From contig JAADYW010000014.1 of NCBI GenBank assembly GCA_010092845.1, positions 1 through 54,548 of the forward strand: DNA of 54,548 bases, in the 5' to 3' direction. The notes beneath the pieces are model-generated. The model did not search any database, was not told the origin of the DNA, and worked only from the letters and a program-made list of their open reading frames with translations. The translations under genes and the position numbers were made by a program. This stretch comes from Chloroflexota bacterium. GTDB lineage: Bacteria; Chloroflexota; Anaerolineae; Aggregatilineales; J027. Shown here in pieces: positions 9,823 to 17,492 of this stretch (position 1 is its first letter; each line of letters begins with the position of its first letter).

Positions 9823-9831
9823 TGCTATACT
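9823..9831 (+). promoter_or_regulatory. Extended -10 promoter for the 9882 gene
   Basis: TG-C-TATACT about 50 nt upstream of an AGGAGA RBS and ATG. Confidence 0.4.
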
Positions 9832-9881
9832 TTCACGATGATAATGCATTTATCGGGAATTTTCAGGAGACCGCAAACCGC

Positions 9882-10469
9882 ATGGATCAGGCAACGCTCA
9901 ACAATATCATTTTGGTTATGGTCACTATTGTGGGGGCGGTTTTCACGGCGTTCTCGGTTGCTTTTGTAATCTGGACGTACAACGACATGAAGGCCCGCTC
10001 GCGGGACCCTCTGGCGCAGATCGCGGCGGCATTGGTGGTGGCTGTCCTCAATGTATTTGGCTTGATTATCTATGTGATGCTGCGCCCCCGCGAAACTCTG
10101 GTCGATGCCTACGAGCGTTCACTTGAAGAAGAAGCGCTTCTGCAAGAGATAGAGGAAAAGCCCGCCTGCCCTGGGTGTGGCAGACCGACCCAGAATGCCT
10201 GGCAAATCTGCCCTTATTGTCACACGCGCCTCAAACAGCCATGTATCAACTGCGGACATTTTTTGGAGCTGTCGTGGAAGCTCTGCCCCGTATGTGCAAC
10301 GGTCCAGGCCTCTGGTGTTGAGCCCAGTGACGAGCCGCTGCGGCAGCTTGGTAAAACCCCTGGCAATCCCCAGCTTAGGCGCTCACCCTATGACACCGGT
10401 ACGGCACCGGCTCAGCAAACCCCTCAGGTGCAGGAAGAGCAACTCGAATGGGTGGACAGCGAATTCTAG
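9882..10469 (+). CDS. Membrane protein with a double zinc ribbon
   Basis: AGGAGA RBS at 9865; two TM segments ending IYVMLRP; four CxxC pairs (CPGC, CPYC, CINC, CPVC). Confidence 0.85.
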   Translation: MDQATLNNIILVMVTIVGAVFTAFSVAFVIWTYNDMKARSRDPLAQIAAALVVAVLNVFGLIIYVMLRPRETLVDAYERSLEEEALLQEIEEKPACPGCGRPTQNAWQICPYCHTRLKQPCINCGHFLELSWKLCPVCATVQASGVEPSDEPLRQLGKTPGNPQLRRSPYDTGTAPAQQTPQVQEEQLEWVDSEF

Positions 10470-10524
10470 GCACTCTCCTGGTCACCCAGTTGTGGCTGCC
10501 GCTTTGCACTCTGGCTAAGTGTTC

Positions 10525-11907
10525 CTAGTGTGGATTCCGCCCTGGTGGGTCTTTGCCCTCCAAGCCCGGCGGATTGTTGTTGCTCTGGCCAAGTGGTCCC
10601 TCGTCAGAGTGCCCAGGGGTATTTCCACTGTTGCCGGGTGCCTCGTCAGATTGCCCTGGTGCATTTCGCCTATTTCCCGGTTCCGCACCCGACTGCCCTG
10701 GTGCATTTCCGCTGTTGCCCGGAGCCTCATCCGACTGCCCTGGCGCGTTCCCGCTGTTACCACGTGGCTCAACAACAATGCTCGAGGGGTCAGTAGGGCG
10801 AATAGATGTGCCTTTCCCGTTGCCAATGACTATGCCTGCGGCAAGGCTTCCAGGACTGAGGTCGTCGAGTTGGCTAAGGATTTCTCCCCACGAGCGGCCC
10901 TCCTGCCGCTCCTCAATAATCTGATCGACCTCAACATTCGCCTGGTCGGCCAAAGCATAGGCGCGACTGATCTCACCAACGCCGAGGCCTTCTGCATGCA
11001 ACGCCTCGAGTACGTCGCAATCAGTGCCATACGCATTCGCGATGATATGGAGAACTGGATGACAGTCGACTTCAGCCGGTACCATAACTTCTGGCCCGGT
11101 AGGTTGCAAGGTGTCCACTGCGATGTCTCCGGAATCAGAGAGCTCGCCGCTAATGGTGATGGTTTTCCCGGTCTCAATGCCGCGTATCTGCTCTGCATCG
11201 ACATAGGCCGTGATTCCATCGATTGTCAGGGTGCCCCCGGTTGCGTCGATCGTTTGGACTGTGCCTGTCAAATCAACGAAAATCGGGACCACCTCTTCTT
11301 CGGGGTCGGGGGTCGGGGTATCACTTGCCGTCGGAGTCGGCGATGGCGGTTGTGGTGTGGCTGACGCCGGCACCCGGGTCTCTGTCGTTGGTACTGGGGT
11401 GTACGTGACCGTCGCTGAAGCTATAGCGGCTGTTGGTGGCTCTGTCTCCGTCGCCGTGCTTGTTGATGTAGCGCTCATGTCCGCTGCGACGCGAGTTTGC
11501 CTGGTGGGGTCTTCGGTGATCTCTACAATTGATACGTCGTCTCCGGACGATCCGGGAGTGCCACCGTCATCATTGGACATGATGGCGAACGTACCACCGG
11601 CGACAATGAGGATCGTAGCTGCCGTTACCAGGATCCACGAGAGCGCATTTTGTGCTGTCTGGAGGATGGGGCTTGCTGTTGACGATCGGAGCCGCTGAAA
11701 AACCTGTTGTTCGATACGTCCTATCTGGCCTGGCTGCACTGCGGGTAAGGGAATGCCCTGAAGCTCATGTGCCATCCACAGCAGCGGCGCCAGTTCATCT
11801 GCATACCCGGGATATTTCGCAAGACATTCCTCCAGAGTAACGCCATGTGCCATCGCATCAGTGCACTCTGCCAGGATTTCTGCCAGGGATTTCTGGTCTC
11901 GGTTCAT
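10525..11907 (-). CDS. Putative membrane anti-sigma factor: N-terminal helical domain, TM helix, Thr/Pro linker, DUF5666-like beta domain, helical 'ISRAYALA' domain, GNSGNAPGQS repeats
   Basis: Overlaps the ECF sigma stop by ATGA. The N-terminus LEECLAKYP...ELAPLL is followed by the TM segment WILVTAATILIVAGGTFAI. Confidence 0.8.
   Translation of the reverse strand: MNRDQKSLAEILAECTDAMAHGVTLEECLAKYPGYADELAPLLWMAHELQGIPLPAVQPGQIGRIEQQVFQRLRSSTASPILQTAQNALSWILVTAATILIVAGGTFAIMSNDDGGTPGSSGDDVSIVEITEDPTRQTRVAADMSATSTSTATETEPPTAAIASATVTYTPVPTTETRVPASATPQPPSPTPTASDTPTPDPEEEVVPIFVDLTGTVQTIDATGGTLTIDGITAYVDAEQIRGIETGKTITISGELSDSGDIAVDTLQPTGPEVMVPAEVDCHPVLHIIANAYGTDCDVLEALHAEGLGVGEISRAYALADQANVEVDQIIEERQEGRSWGEILSQLDDLSPGSLAAGIVIGNGKGTSIRPTDPSSIVVEPRGNSGNAPGQSDEAPGNSGNAPGQSGAEPGNRRNAPGQSDEAPGNSGNTPGHSDEGPLGQSNNNPPGLEGKDPPGRNPH
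10590..10760 (-). repeat. Four imperfect 42-nt (14-aa) tandem repeats inside the anti-sigma tail
   Basis: GNSGNAPGQSDEAP / GNSGNAPGQSGAEP / GNRRNAPGQSDEAP / GNSGNTPGHSDEGP. Confidence 0.85.
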
Positions 11908-12464
11908 TCGTCCGCTCCTTGAGTAGGTTCAAGGTGCTTGGCCAGCGAACGCAATGCCCGCATCTGTAAGGCTTTGACCGCACCGACTTGTTTGCCCATC
12001 AATGCTGCTGTTTCACGAAGATCGTATCCCTGCAGGAATCGCAGCGAAACTACCTGTTGCTGTTCTGGGGTCAGTTTCCGGATATGGTGTAAGAGCTGTT
12101 CGTGGCGGATATTCTTGAATGCTGCTTGTTCCGGGTTATGGTCGGACGCGATAGTCATGTCGTGAATGGATTGAGCGGGCTGGCGGCGCGACTGCTTGCG
12201 ATAATAATCGACAACCAGGCCATGCGCCAGATGGTAGAGCCAGCCCAGGAACGGTATGCCCCGCTGCTCGTAAGCGGCTAGCTTCTCAATTGCACGGACA
12301 AATACGTCGCTGGTCATGTCTTCCGCCAGAGGACTATTGTTTACTCGCGATTGAATGTATCGATAGACGTTGTCAGCATGTTTCCGGTAAAGGGCCGCTA
12401 TGGCATGTTCATCACCCTGTTTAGCAGCCTCGACTAGTCTGGTTTCGTCTTCGTGTGCATTCAT
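11904..12464 (-). CDS. ECF sigma-70 factor, BldN-like
   Basis: Region 2 AEDMTSDVFVRA...FLGWLY; region 4 LTPEQQQVVSLRFLQGYDLRETAALMGKQVGAVKALQMRALRSL. Confidence 0.93.
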   Translation of the reverse strand: MNAHEDETRLVEAAKQGDEHAIAALYRKHADNVYRYIQSRVNNSPLAEDMTSDVFVRAIEKLAAYEQRGIPFLGWLYHLAHGLVVDYYRKQSRRQPAQSIHDMTIASDHNPEQAAFKNIRHEQLLHHIRKLTPEQQQVVSLRFLQGYDLRETAALMGKQVGAVKALQMRALRSLAKHLEPTQGADE

Positions 12465-12516
12465 TAGAGTGGCAATTCTCTTTGGACACTAGATGAATGC
12501 AGTCGGCTTGTATTGA

Positions 12517-12544
12517 ATACCGCTGCTGTAGGCAAAAAGATACG
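12517..12544 (-). promoter_or_regulatory. Putative autoregulatory ECF promoter CGTATC-N16-CGGTAT
   Basis: The minus strand reads CGTATC tttttgcctacagcag CGGTAT, ending about 50 nt before the sigma ATG. A matching copy faces the divergent gene. Confidence 0.65.
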
Positions 12545-12720
12545 AGGCTAACCCCTGTATATTAACACATCGCGAACAATTCTTATCATCTGATGGGGCA
12601 GATTTTACTGGCTTGATGACCTCTGGAACTACGAAGGCACATAATGGTTAGTGATACCCAACAATGTAACCAAGGGCATGCGATGGTTGTTTTTGCATTA
12701 ACAAAACATAACAATGATGC

Positions 12721-12748
12721 CGTAACTAATTCGCTTCTCAAGCGGTAT
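12721..12748 (+). promoter_or_regulatory. Putative ECF promoter CGTAAC-N16-CGGTAT
   Basis: CGTAAC taattcgcttctcaag CGGTAT, ending 60 nt before the ATG at 12809. Confidence 0.7.
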
Positions 12749-12808
12749 GCAGGGTACAGTCACCCAAGAAAGAAAACCGAATGTGATCCACTGGATCAAA
12801 GGAGAGGC

Positions 12809-13909
12809 ATGAAGATGCTAAAGCTTCGTTGGGGACTTCTTATCCCCATATTACTCGCGCTAGCTATCGCGCTCGTTTTGGTTCCATCAACTGGTCTGGC
12901 CCAGGATGGTGGCGAGGATGATGACGAACTCTGGGTCTATATCGAGATAGAAGGCGAAGTCGAGGCGCTCGAAGACGACTTGATCGTCGTTGATGGCTAC
13001 GAATTGGCCCCGGCGGGTGCATTCAATCCATCAACGCTAGAGGTTGGTGATTATGTAGTTGTTGCAGGCTATTTGCTGGATGATGATACCCTCTATGTCG
13101 AGTCCCTGGAAGTAGTTGAGGATTTCGATCAGGACGGCATTCTAGACAATGAAGATAATTGCCCGGAGGTGGCCAATCCTGAGCAGGAGGACACCGATGG
13201 TGACGAGGTCGGCGACGCCTGCGACCCCGACATGGTTGACAGCGACGGCGACGGTGTCGTCGATGCCGAAGAGAACTGCCCCGACGTAGCTAACTCCGAG
13301 CAGGAGGACACCGATGGTGACGAGGTCGGCGACGCCTGCGATCCCGACATGGTTGACAGCGACGGCGACGGTGTCGTCGATGCCGAGGACAATTGCCCCG
13401 ACGTAGCTAACCCCGAGCAGGAGGACACCGATGGCGATGGTGTCGGTGATGTCTGTGACAGCGATGAAGAGGATACCTGCTACTTCGAAAATCACCCGGT
13501 CGCCGAGGCAATTGCAGCCCAGTTTGACGTCAGCTATGAGGAAGTGATGGATCTGCATTGCAGTAGCGAGGGTTTCGGGAACATCAGCCGCGCCTATGCC
13601 CTGGCTGCACAGACCGATGCAACCGTGGAAGAGATCCTGGCATCGTCGAAGGAATCGGGTTGGGGCAACGTCTTGCGCGACTATGACGTGCACCCATCAG
13701 AGCTCGCTCCTGGACTTGCTGTTTCTGAGCGCAACCGCAACCAGCACCAGAACCGCGAGCATACGGGTCCCCCCGAAGACCGCGGTCGGCCTGATAATCC
13801 CGGTAATGGAAATGGTCCACCTGAGGACCGTGGCCGGCCTGACAACCCCGGCAATGGCAATGGCCCACCGGAAGGCCGAGGTCAGGGCAATGGCCGTGGC
13901 AATCGTTAG
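12809..13909 (+). CDS. Secreted acidic protein: DUF5666-like domain, thrombospondin type-3 Ca-binding repeats, helical 'ISRAYALA' domain, [16 protein letters not shown] tail
   Basis: AAAGGAGAGG RBS before ATG 12809; signal peptide ending GLA|QD; [23 protein letters not shown] repeats. Confidence 0.88.
   Translation: MKMLKLRWGLLIPILLALAIALVLVPSTGLAQDGGEDDDELWVYIEIEGEVEALEDDLIVVDGYELAPAGAFNPSTLEVGDYVVVAGYLLDDDTLYVESLEVVEDFDQDGILDNEDNCPEVANPEQEDTDGDEVGDACDPDMVDSDGDGVVDAEENCPDVANSEQEDTDGDEVGDACDPDMVDSDGDGVVDAEDNCPDVANPEQEDTDGDGVGDVCDSDEEDTCYFENHPVAEAIAAQFDVSYEEVMDLHCSSEGFGNISRAYALAAQTDATVEEILASSKESGWGNVLRDYDVHPSELAPGLAVSERNRNQHQNREHTGPPEDRGRPDNPGNGNGPPEDRGRPDNPGNGNGPPEGRGQGNGRGNR
13151..13460 (+). 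repeat. 117-nt (39-aa) intragenic tandem repeat, about 2.6 copies
   Basis: gagcaggaggacaccgatgg recurs at 13181, 13298 and 13415. The first two copies match at 88 of 89 nt from those positions. Confidence 0.92.
13768..13880 (+). repeat. 48-nt (16-aa) repeat [16 protein letters not shown], about 2.3 copies
   Basis: Visible in the translation; the copies differ at synonymous positions. Confidence 0.8.
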
Positions 13910-13940
13910 TTCGGCGTCTTGATTTGATGGAACAGCTTCC

Positions 13941-13970
13941 GCGCAGGTCCGGCACTGACCTGCGCTTTTT
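13941..13970 (+). terminator. Rho-independent terminator
   Basis: Perfect 9-bp stem gcgcaggtc / gacctgcgc, 7-nt loop, then TTTTT. Confidence 0.85.
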
Positions 13971-15021
13971 ACTCACCCACTTCCTCGATTACCAGGCTAT
14001 CACTATCGAAACTTACTACGGCAACGTATTCGACCCGCACGCCGATCTGGTGCTCGATAAGTAGATCGGTAAGTTGTTCACCGTCAATCAGAATGATGGG
14101 GACTGTATTCGGCAGGCGGGCTACGGCCAGAGCACCGCTGGAGAATCCGCTTGTCGTCAGTATCATCCCTTGATCAATATCCTCCATCGCCAGCATGTCG
14201 CCGCGAAATTGACTGACCGTCGGGCGGCCGATGTTCGATTGCATGCGCTTGACCTGGACGGCCGTGTGCACCTGCATCACGCCTACCGCAACATCAGCCA
14301 CAACATCTACCCCGCCATCTGGTCCCCGGCGGGTGACCAGGATGTTGTTGTAACCCATCTTCCCTAGAAGGCGCCCCACAAGATTCTCAAATGCAAAGGG
14401 ATCCATGTGGTTAATGACATTCAGCAGTTGTTGCTGGGCCTTGCCGCGCTGGCGAAGTGCCATCTGTGCGATGGTGTCGATTTCGTGTTCCCACTCTGCC
14501 AGGCTGAATATTCCCGGCCCATCCCGCCGGAAGGCTGAAGCCGAGCCGTGTTGCTGGATATCTCGGTAGAGCTGGGCTGAGAGCGAGGTCTCAGGTGTCA
14601 TGCTTTCGGGGTTGAGGAAGCCCCATTCGATGGCCAGGGCGGCGATGTTAGTGTAGTGCATTGGACGCCCCTCGGTCTTAAGAACCTCATAGGCGGCATC
14701 CCGGTAGGTTAGGTATTCTCCCTGTTGCTGAAAGATGGCATGATCGATGAAGTTGTCGGGTAGGGGATCCGCAGCAGTGCGTAGACGGTAGCGGCCGCGT
14801 TCCACCCGGACAAATGGCGACAGATCGCCAGTTTCTGGCTGACGACGCAGTGACCCGGTGATGACAGCGGACATCGTCTGGCGCGGCGTTTGGCCCATCG
14901 AGTCGATATAGCCGTGTTCAAGGGCCAGGCGGGTGATTTCTGAAACCGACAGAGGCCGCGGGGCCTGGCGTAGCACCTCAACAGCGGCCTGTAGGAACGT
15001 CATTCGTGCAGAATACTCCAT
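13969..15021 (-). CDS. mrr: Mrr-family (type IV-like) restriction endonuclease with two N-terminal HARE-HTH domains
   Basis: FENLVGRLLGKMGY...DGGVDVVA...AVQVKR...TTSGFS..A...LIDGEQL catalytic domain, preceded by two AA.EVL...RP...TP..T/S.SA...F.R...G...L winged helices. Confidence 0.85.
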   Translation of the reverse strand: MEYSARMTFLQAAVEVLRQAPRPLSVSEITRLALEHGYIDSMGQTPRQTMSAVITGSLRRQPETGDLSPFVRVERGRYRLRTAADPLPDNFIDHAIFQQQGEYLTYRDAAYEVLKTEGRPMHYTNIAALAIEWGFLNPESMTPETSLSAQLYRDIQQHGSASAFRRDGPGIFSLAEWEHEIDTIAQMALRQRGKAQQQLLNVINHMDPFAFENLVGRLLGKMGYNNILVTRRGPDGGVDVVADVAVGVMQVHTAVQVKRMQSNIGRPTVSQFRGDMLAMEDIDQGMILTTSGFSSGALAVARLPNTVPIILIDGEQLTDLLIEHQIGVRVEYVAVVSFDSDSLVIEEVGE

Positions 15022-15097
15022 ATCTGGTCTTCATCCGAGTCCGGGATGCGTAACCCGGCTCGATTACTATGGTCTGGCTGAGAAGCCTGGCGTGAGG

Positions 15098-16900
15098 CTA
15101 GTCCTCGTCGAGGCTCAGGACGGCCATGAAGGCTTCCTGCGGAACTTCCACACTACCGATCATCTTCAGGCGCTTCTTGCCTTTCTTCTGTTTCTCCAGT
15201 AGTTTGCGTTTGCGGGTGACATCGCCACCGTAGCATTTGGCCAGCACATCTTTCCGCACGGCCTTCACGTTCGCACGGCTGATTACCCGCTTGCCGATGG
15301 AAGCCTGGATCGGAACGACAAATTGCTGCCGTGGGATGAGCTCCTTGAGCTTGGATACCAGCTTCTGACCCTTATGGAACGCTTGATCGCGATGGACAAT
15401 CATCGCCAGCGCATCTACCGGATCACCATTGACCAGAATATCCATTTTGACCAGATCTTCGGGCCGATATTCCTTGAAGTGGTAGTCCAGGCTGGCGTAG
15501 CCCTGGGTGACGCTTTTCAGTCGATCGTAGAAATCCACGATCAACTCGGATAGCGGCAGATCGTAGGTAATCATCACGCGCGACATATCCAGATATTCCA
15601 TGTTGACGTATTCGCCACGCTTACCGGTGACCAGTTCCATCACCGGGCCAATGTAGGTCTCGGGCGTAAACACCTGGATCGTCATCCACGGTTCGCGGAT
15701 TTCGCGGATCGTCGACTCATCAGGTAATTCGGCCGGGCTATCGATAAGCTCTGTCTCTCCGCTGCTAAGTATTATCTGGTACTCCACGCTTGGTGCTGTC
15801 GCCAGGATATCCAGATCGTATTCACGCTCGAGTCGTTCTTGCACAATCGTCATGTGAAACAAGCCGAGAAAGCCCACCCGGAAGCCCAGGTTGAGCGCCT
15901 GCGAAGTCTCGGGGACAAAGGTCAACGAGGCGTCATTGAGCTGAAGCTTTTCGATGGCATCGCGCAGATCGTCGTAGTCATCATTGTCAACAGGATAGAA
16001 TCCCGCAAAGACCATCGGTTTGGCTGGCTTGTAGCCTGCCAGCGGTTCCTCGGCGCCATTGATGATCGTCGTCACGGTATCCCCGACGCGGCAATCGCGC
16101 ACCGTTTTCAGCCCGGTCGCAATATAGCCAACACTGCCGACAGTCAGGGCTTCGCGTTTGGTCATTGTCGGGGTGAAGACCCCAATCTCGATCGGTTCGA
16201 CCTTGACACCGTTTGACATCAGGACCAGCTTGTCCCGATGCCCCAGTTTTCCGTGGACAATACGCACATACGAGATCACCCCGCGATAACTATCGTAGTG
16301 GCTGTCGAATACCATCGCCCGCAGCGGGGCATCCGGATTACCCCGGGGTGGGGGCACACGATCAACGACCGCCTGAAGGATGGCCTCGACATTGTGACCT
16401 GTCTTGGCGCTGACCGGTATGATGGTTTCCGGCTCAACACCTAGTAAATCAACGATTTCCTGGGTGATTTCCTCGGGACGGGCTGCCGGGAGATCAATCT
16501 TGTTGACGACGGGGATGATCTCGAGGTCGGCTTCCATTGCCAGGTAGAGGTTGGCCAGGGTTTGAGCCTCAATCCCCTGCGACGCGTCAACTACCAGCAC
16601 GGCGCCCTCACACGATTGTAGTGCCCGACTCACCTCGTAGGTGAAATCGACGTGCCCCGGCGTGTCGATCAGATTCATTTCATAGTTATCACCATCAGCT
16701 GCTGTCCAATCCATGCGTACTGCAGAGGCCTTGATGGTTACGCCGCGCTCGCGTTCCAGATCCATGTCATCTAGAAGTTGGTCCTTCATTTGGCGTTCGT
16801 CGATGGTATGGGTAATCTGGAGCAGCCGGTCGGCGAGAGTGCTCTTACCGTGGTCAATATGGGCGATAATGCAGAAATTCCGAATATGCGTGATTTCCAT
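15098..16900 (-). CDS. lepA: Elongation factor 4 (LepA)
   Basis: IRNFCIIAHIDHGKSTLADRLL, DTPGHVDF, KDVLAKCYGGD. Confidence 0.98.
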   Translation of the reverse strand: MEITHIRNFCIIAHIDHGKSTLADRLLQITHTIDERQMKDQLLDDMDLERERGVTIKASAVRMDWTAADGDNYEMNLIDTPGHVDFTYEVSRALQSCEGAVLVVDASQGIEAQTLANLYLAMEADLEIIPVVNKIDLPAARPEEITQEIVDLLGVEPETIIPVSAKTGHNVEAILQAVVDRVPPPRGNPDAPLRAMVFDSHYDSYRGVISYVRIVHGKLGHRDKLVLMSNGVKVEPIEIGVFTPTMTKREALTVGSVGYIATGLKTVRDCRVGDTVTTIINGAEEPLAGYKPAKPMVFAGFYPVDNDDYDDLRDAIEKLQLNDASLTFVPETSQALNLGFRVGFLGLFHMTIVQERLEREYDLDILATAPSVEYQIILSSGETELIDSPAELPDESTIREIREPWMTIQVFTPETYIGPVMELVTGKRGEYVNMEYLDMSRVMITYDLPLSELIVDFYDRLKSVTQGYASLDYHFKEYRPEDLVKMDILVNGDPVDALAMIVHRDQAFHKGQKLVSKLKELIPRQQFVVPIQASIGKRVISRANVKAVRKDVLAKCYGGDVTRKRKLLEKQKKGKKRLKMIGSVEVPQEAFMAVLSLDED

Positions 16901-17090
16901 TGTTTACCTTCACCGCGCTAACCCATTGAATGCAACAAGTATAGCGAATGGGGGCACTACATATCAATGGCGACGCCGCCGCATTGCCATTCACTCCATT
17001 GGCTGCGTGATGTGATCCTGAGTAGCATGCGCTGCGTAGTTGGATTATCGTTTGACGGATGAACCGCTGTCAGGGAAAGGTAGGTGAACT

Positions 17091-17492
17091 ATGCCAGGCG
17101 ATTGGTTCCTGTGGTTGCGACGTCTCCCGTTGGCGTATCGAAGGCACCCCCTGGCGAGTCTGGCGGATATTGAGGCGAATTTCCGCATTGTCCAGCGTCA
17201 TGCCCGCGGGCATCAACAGGTTCCGCTGGAGGCCATTGGTGGCAGCCTTAACCGAACAGCTACATTTGATCACCGCTTCCGCCCGACGCCAAAATGCGAC
17301 CATCTTCGGCTGGCGCGTATTACGTCAGCGCTGATCGCTGGCGTCGAATTCGCCCCAGTTGAGCTGGTTCTGGTGCAAGGGCTGTACTATGTGGTTGACG
17401 GCCATCATCGTGTTGCGGCAGCCCGCGCATTGAAGCGGGCCACGATCGCGGCGGTGGTTACTGAATGGATCGTCGAAGAACGCCAGACCTAG
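17091..17492 (+). CDS. Small ParB/Sulfiredoxin-like domain protein
   Basis: VPLEAIGGS..R...FD..FRP and YYVVDGHHRVAAAR motifs; AGGTG RBS. Confidence 0.75.
   Translation: MPGDWFLWLRRLPLAYRRHPLASLADIEANFRIVQRHARGHQQVPLEAIGGSLNRTATFDHRFRPTPKCDHLRLARITSALIAGVEFAPVELVLVQGLYYVVDGHHRVAAARALKRATIAAVVTEWIVEERQT

Noticed and set aside
9618-9881. ORF-track 5' extension of the zinc-ribbon membrane gene (similar extensions at 12644, 39840, 41741 and 49044)
   Set aside because: The extensions overlap other genes or promoters, and better RBS-linked starts lie downstream.
10519-11364. 281-aa plus-strand ORF
   Set aside because: It is an antisense shadow of the repeat-rich anti-sigma gene with no recognisable motifs.
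13151-13460. Regularly spaced repeats as a possible CRISPR array
   Set aside because: The units are contiguous in-frame 117-nt coding repeats without unique spacers, and no cas genes are present.
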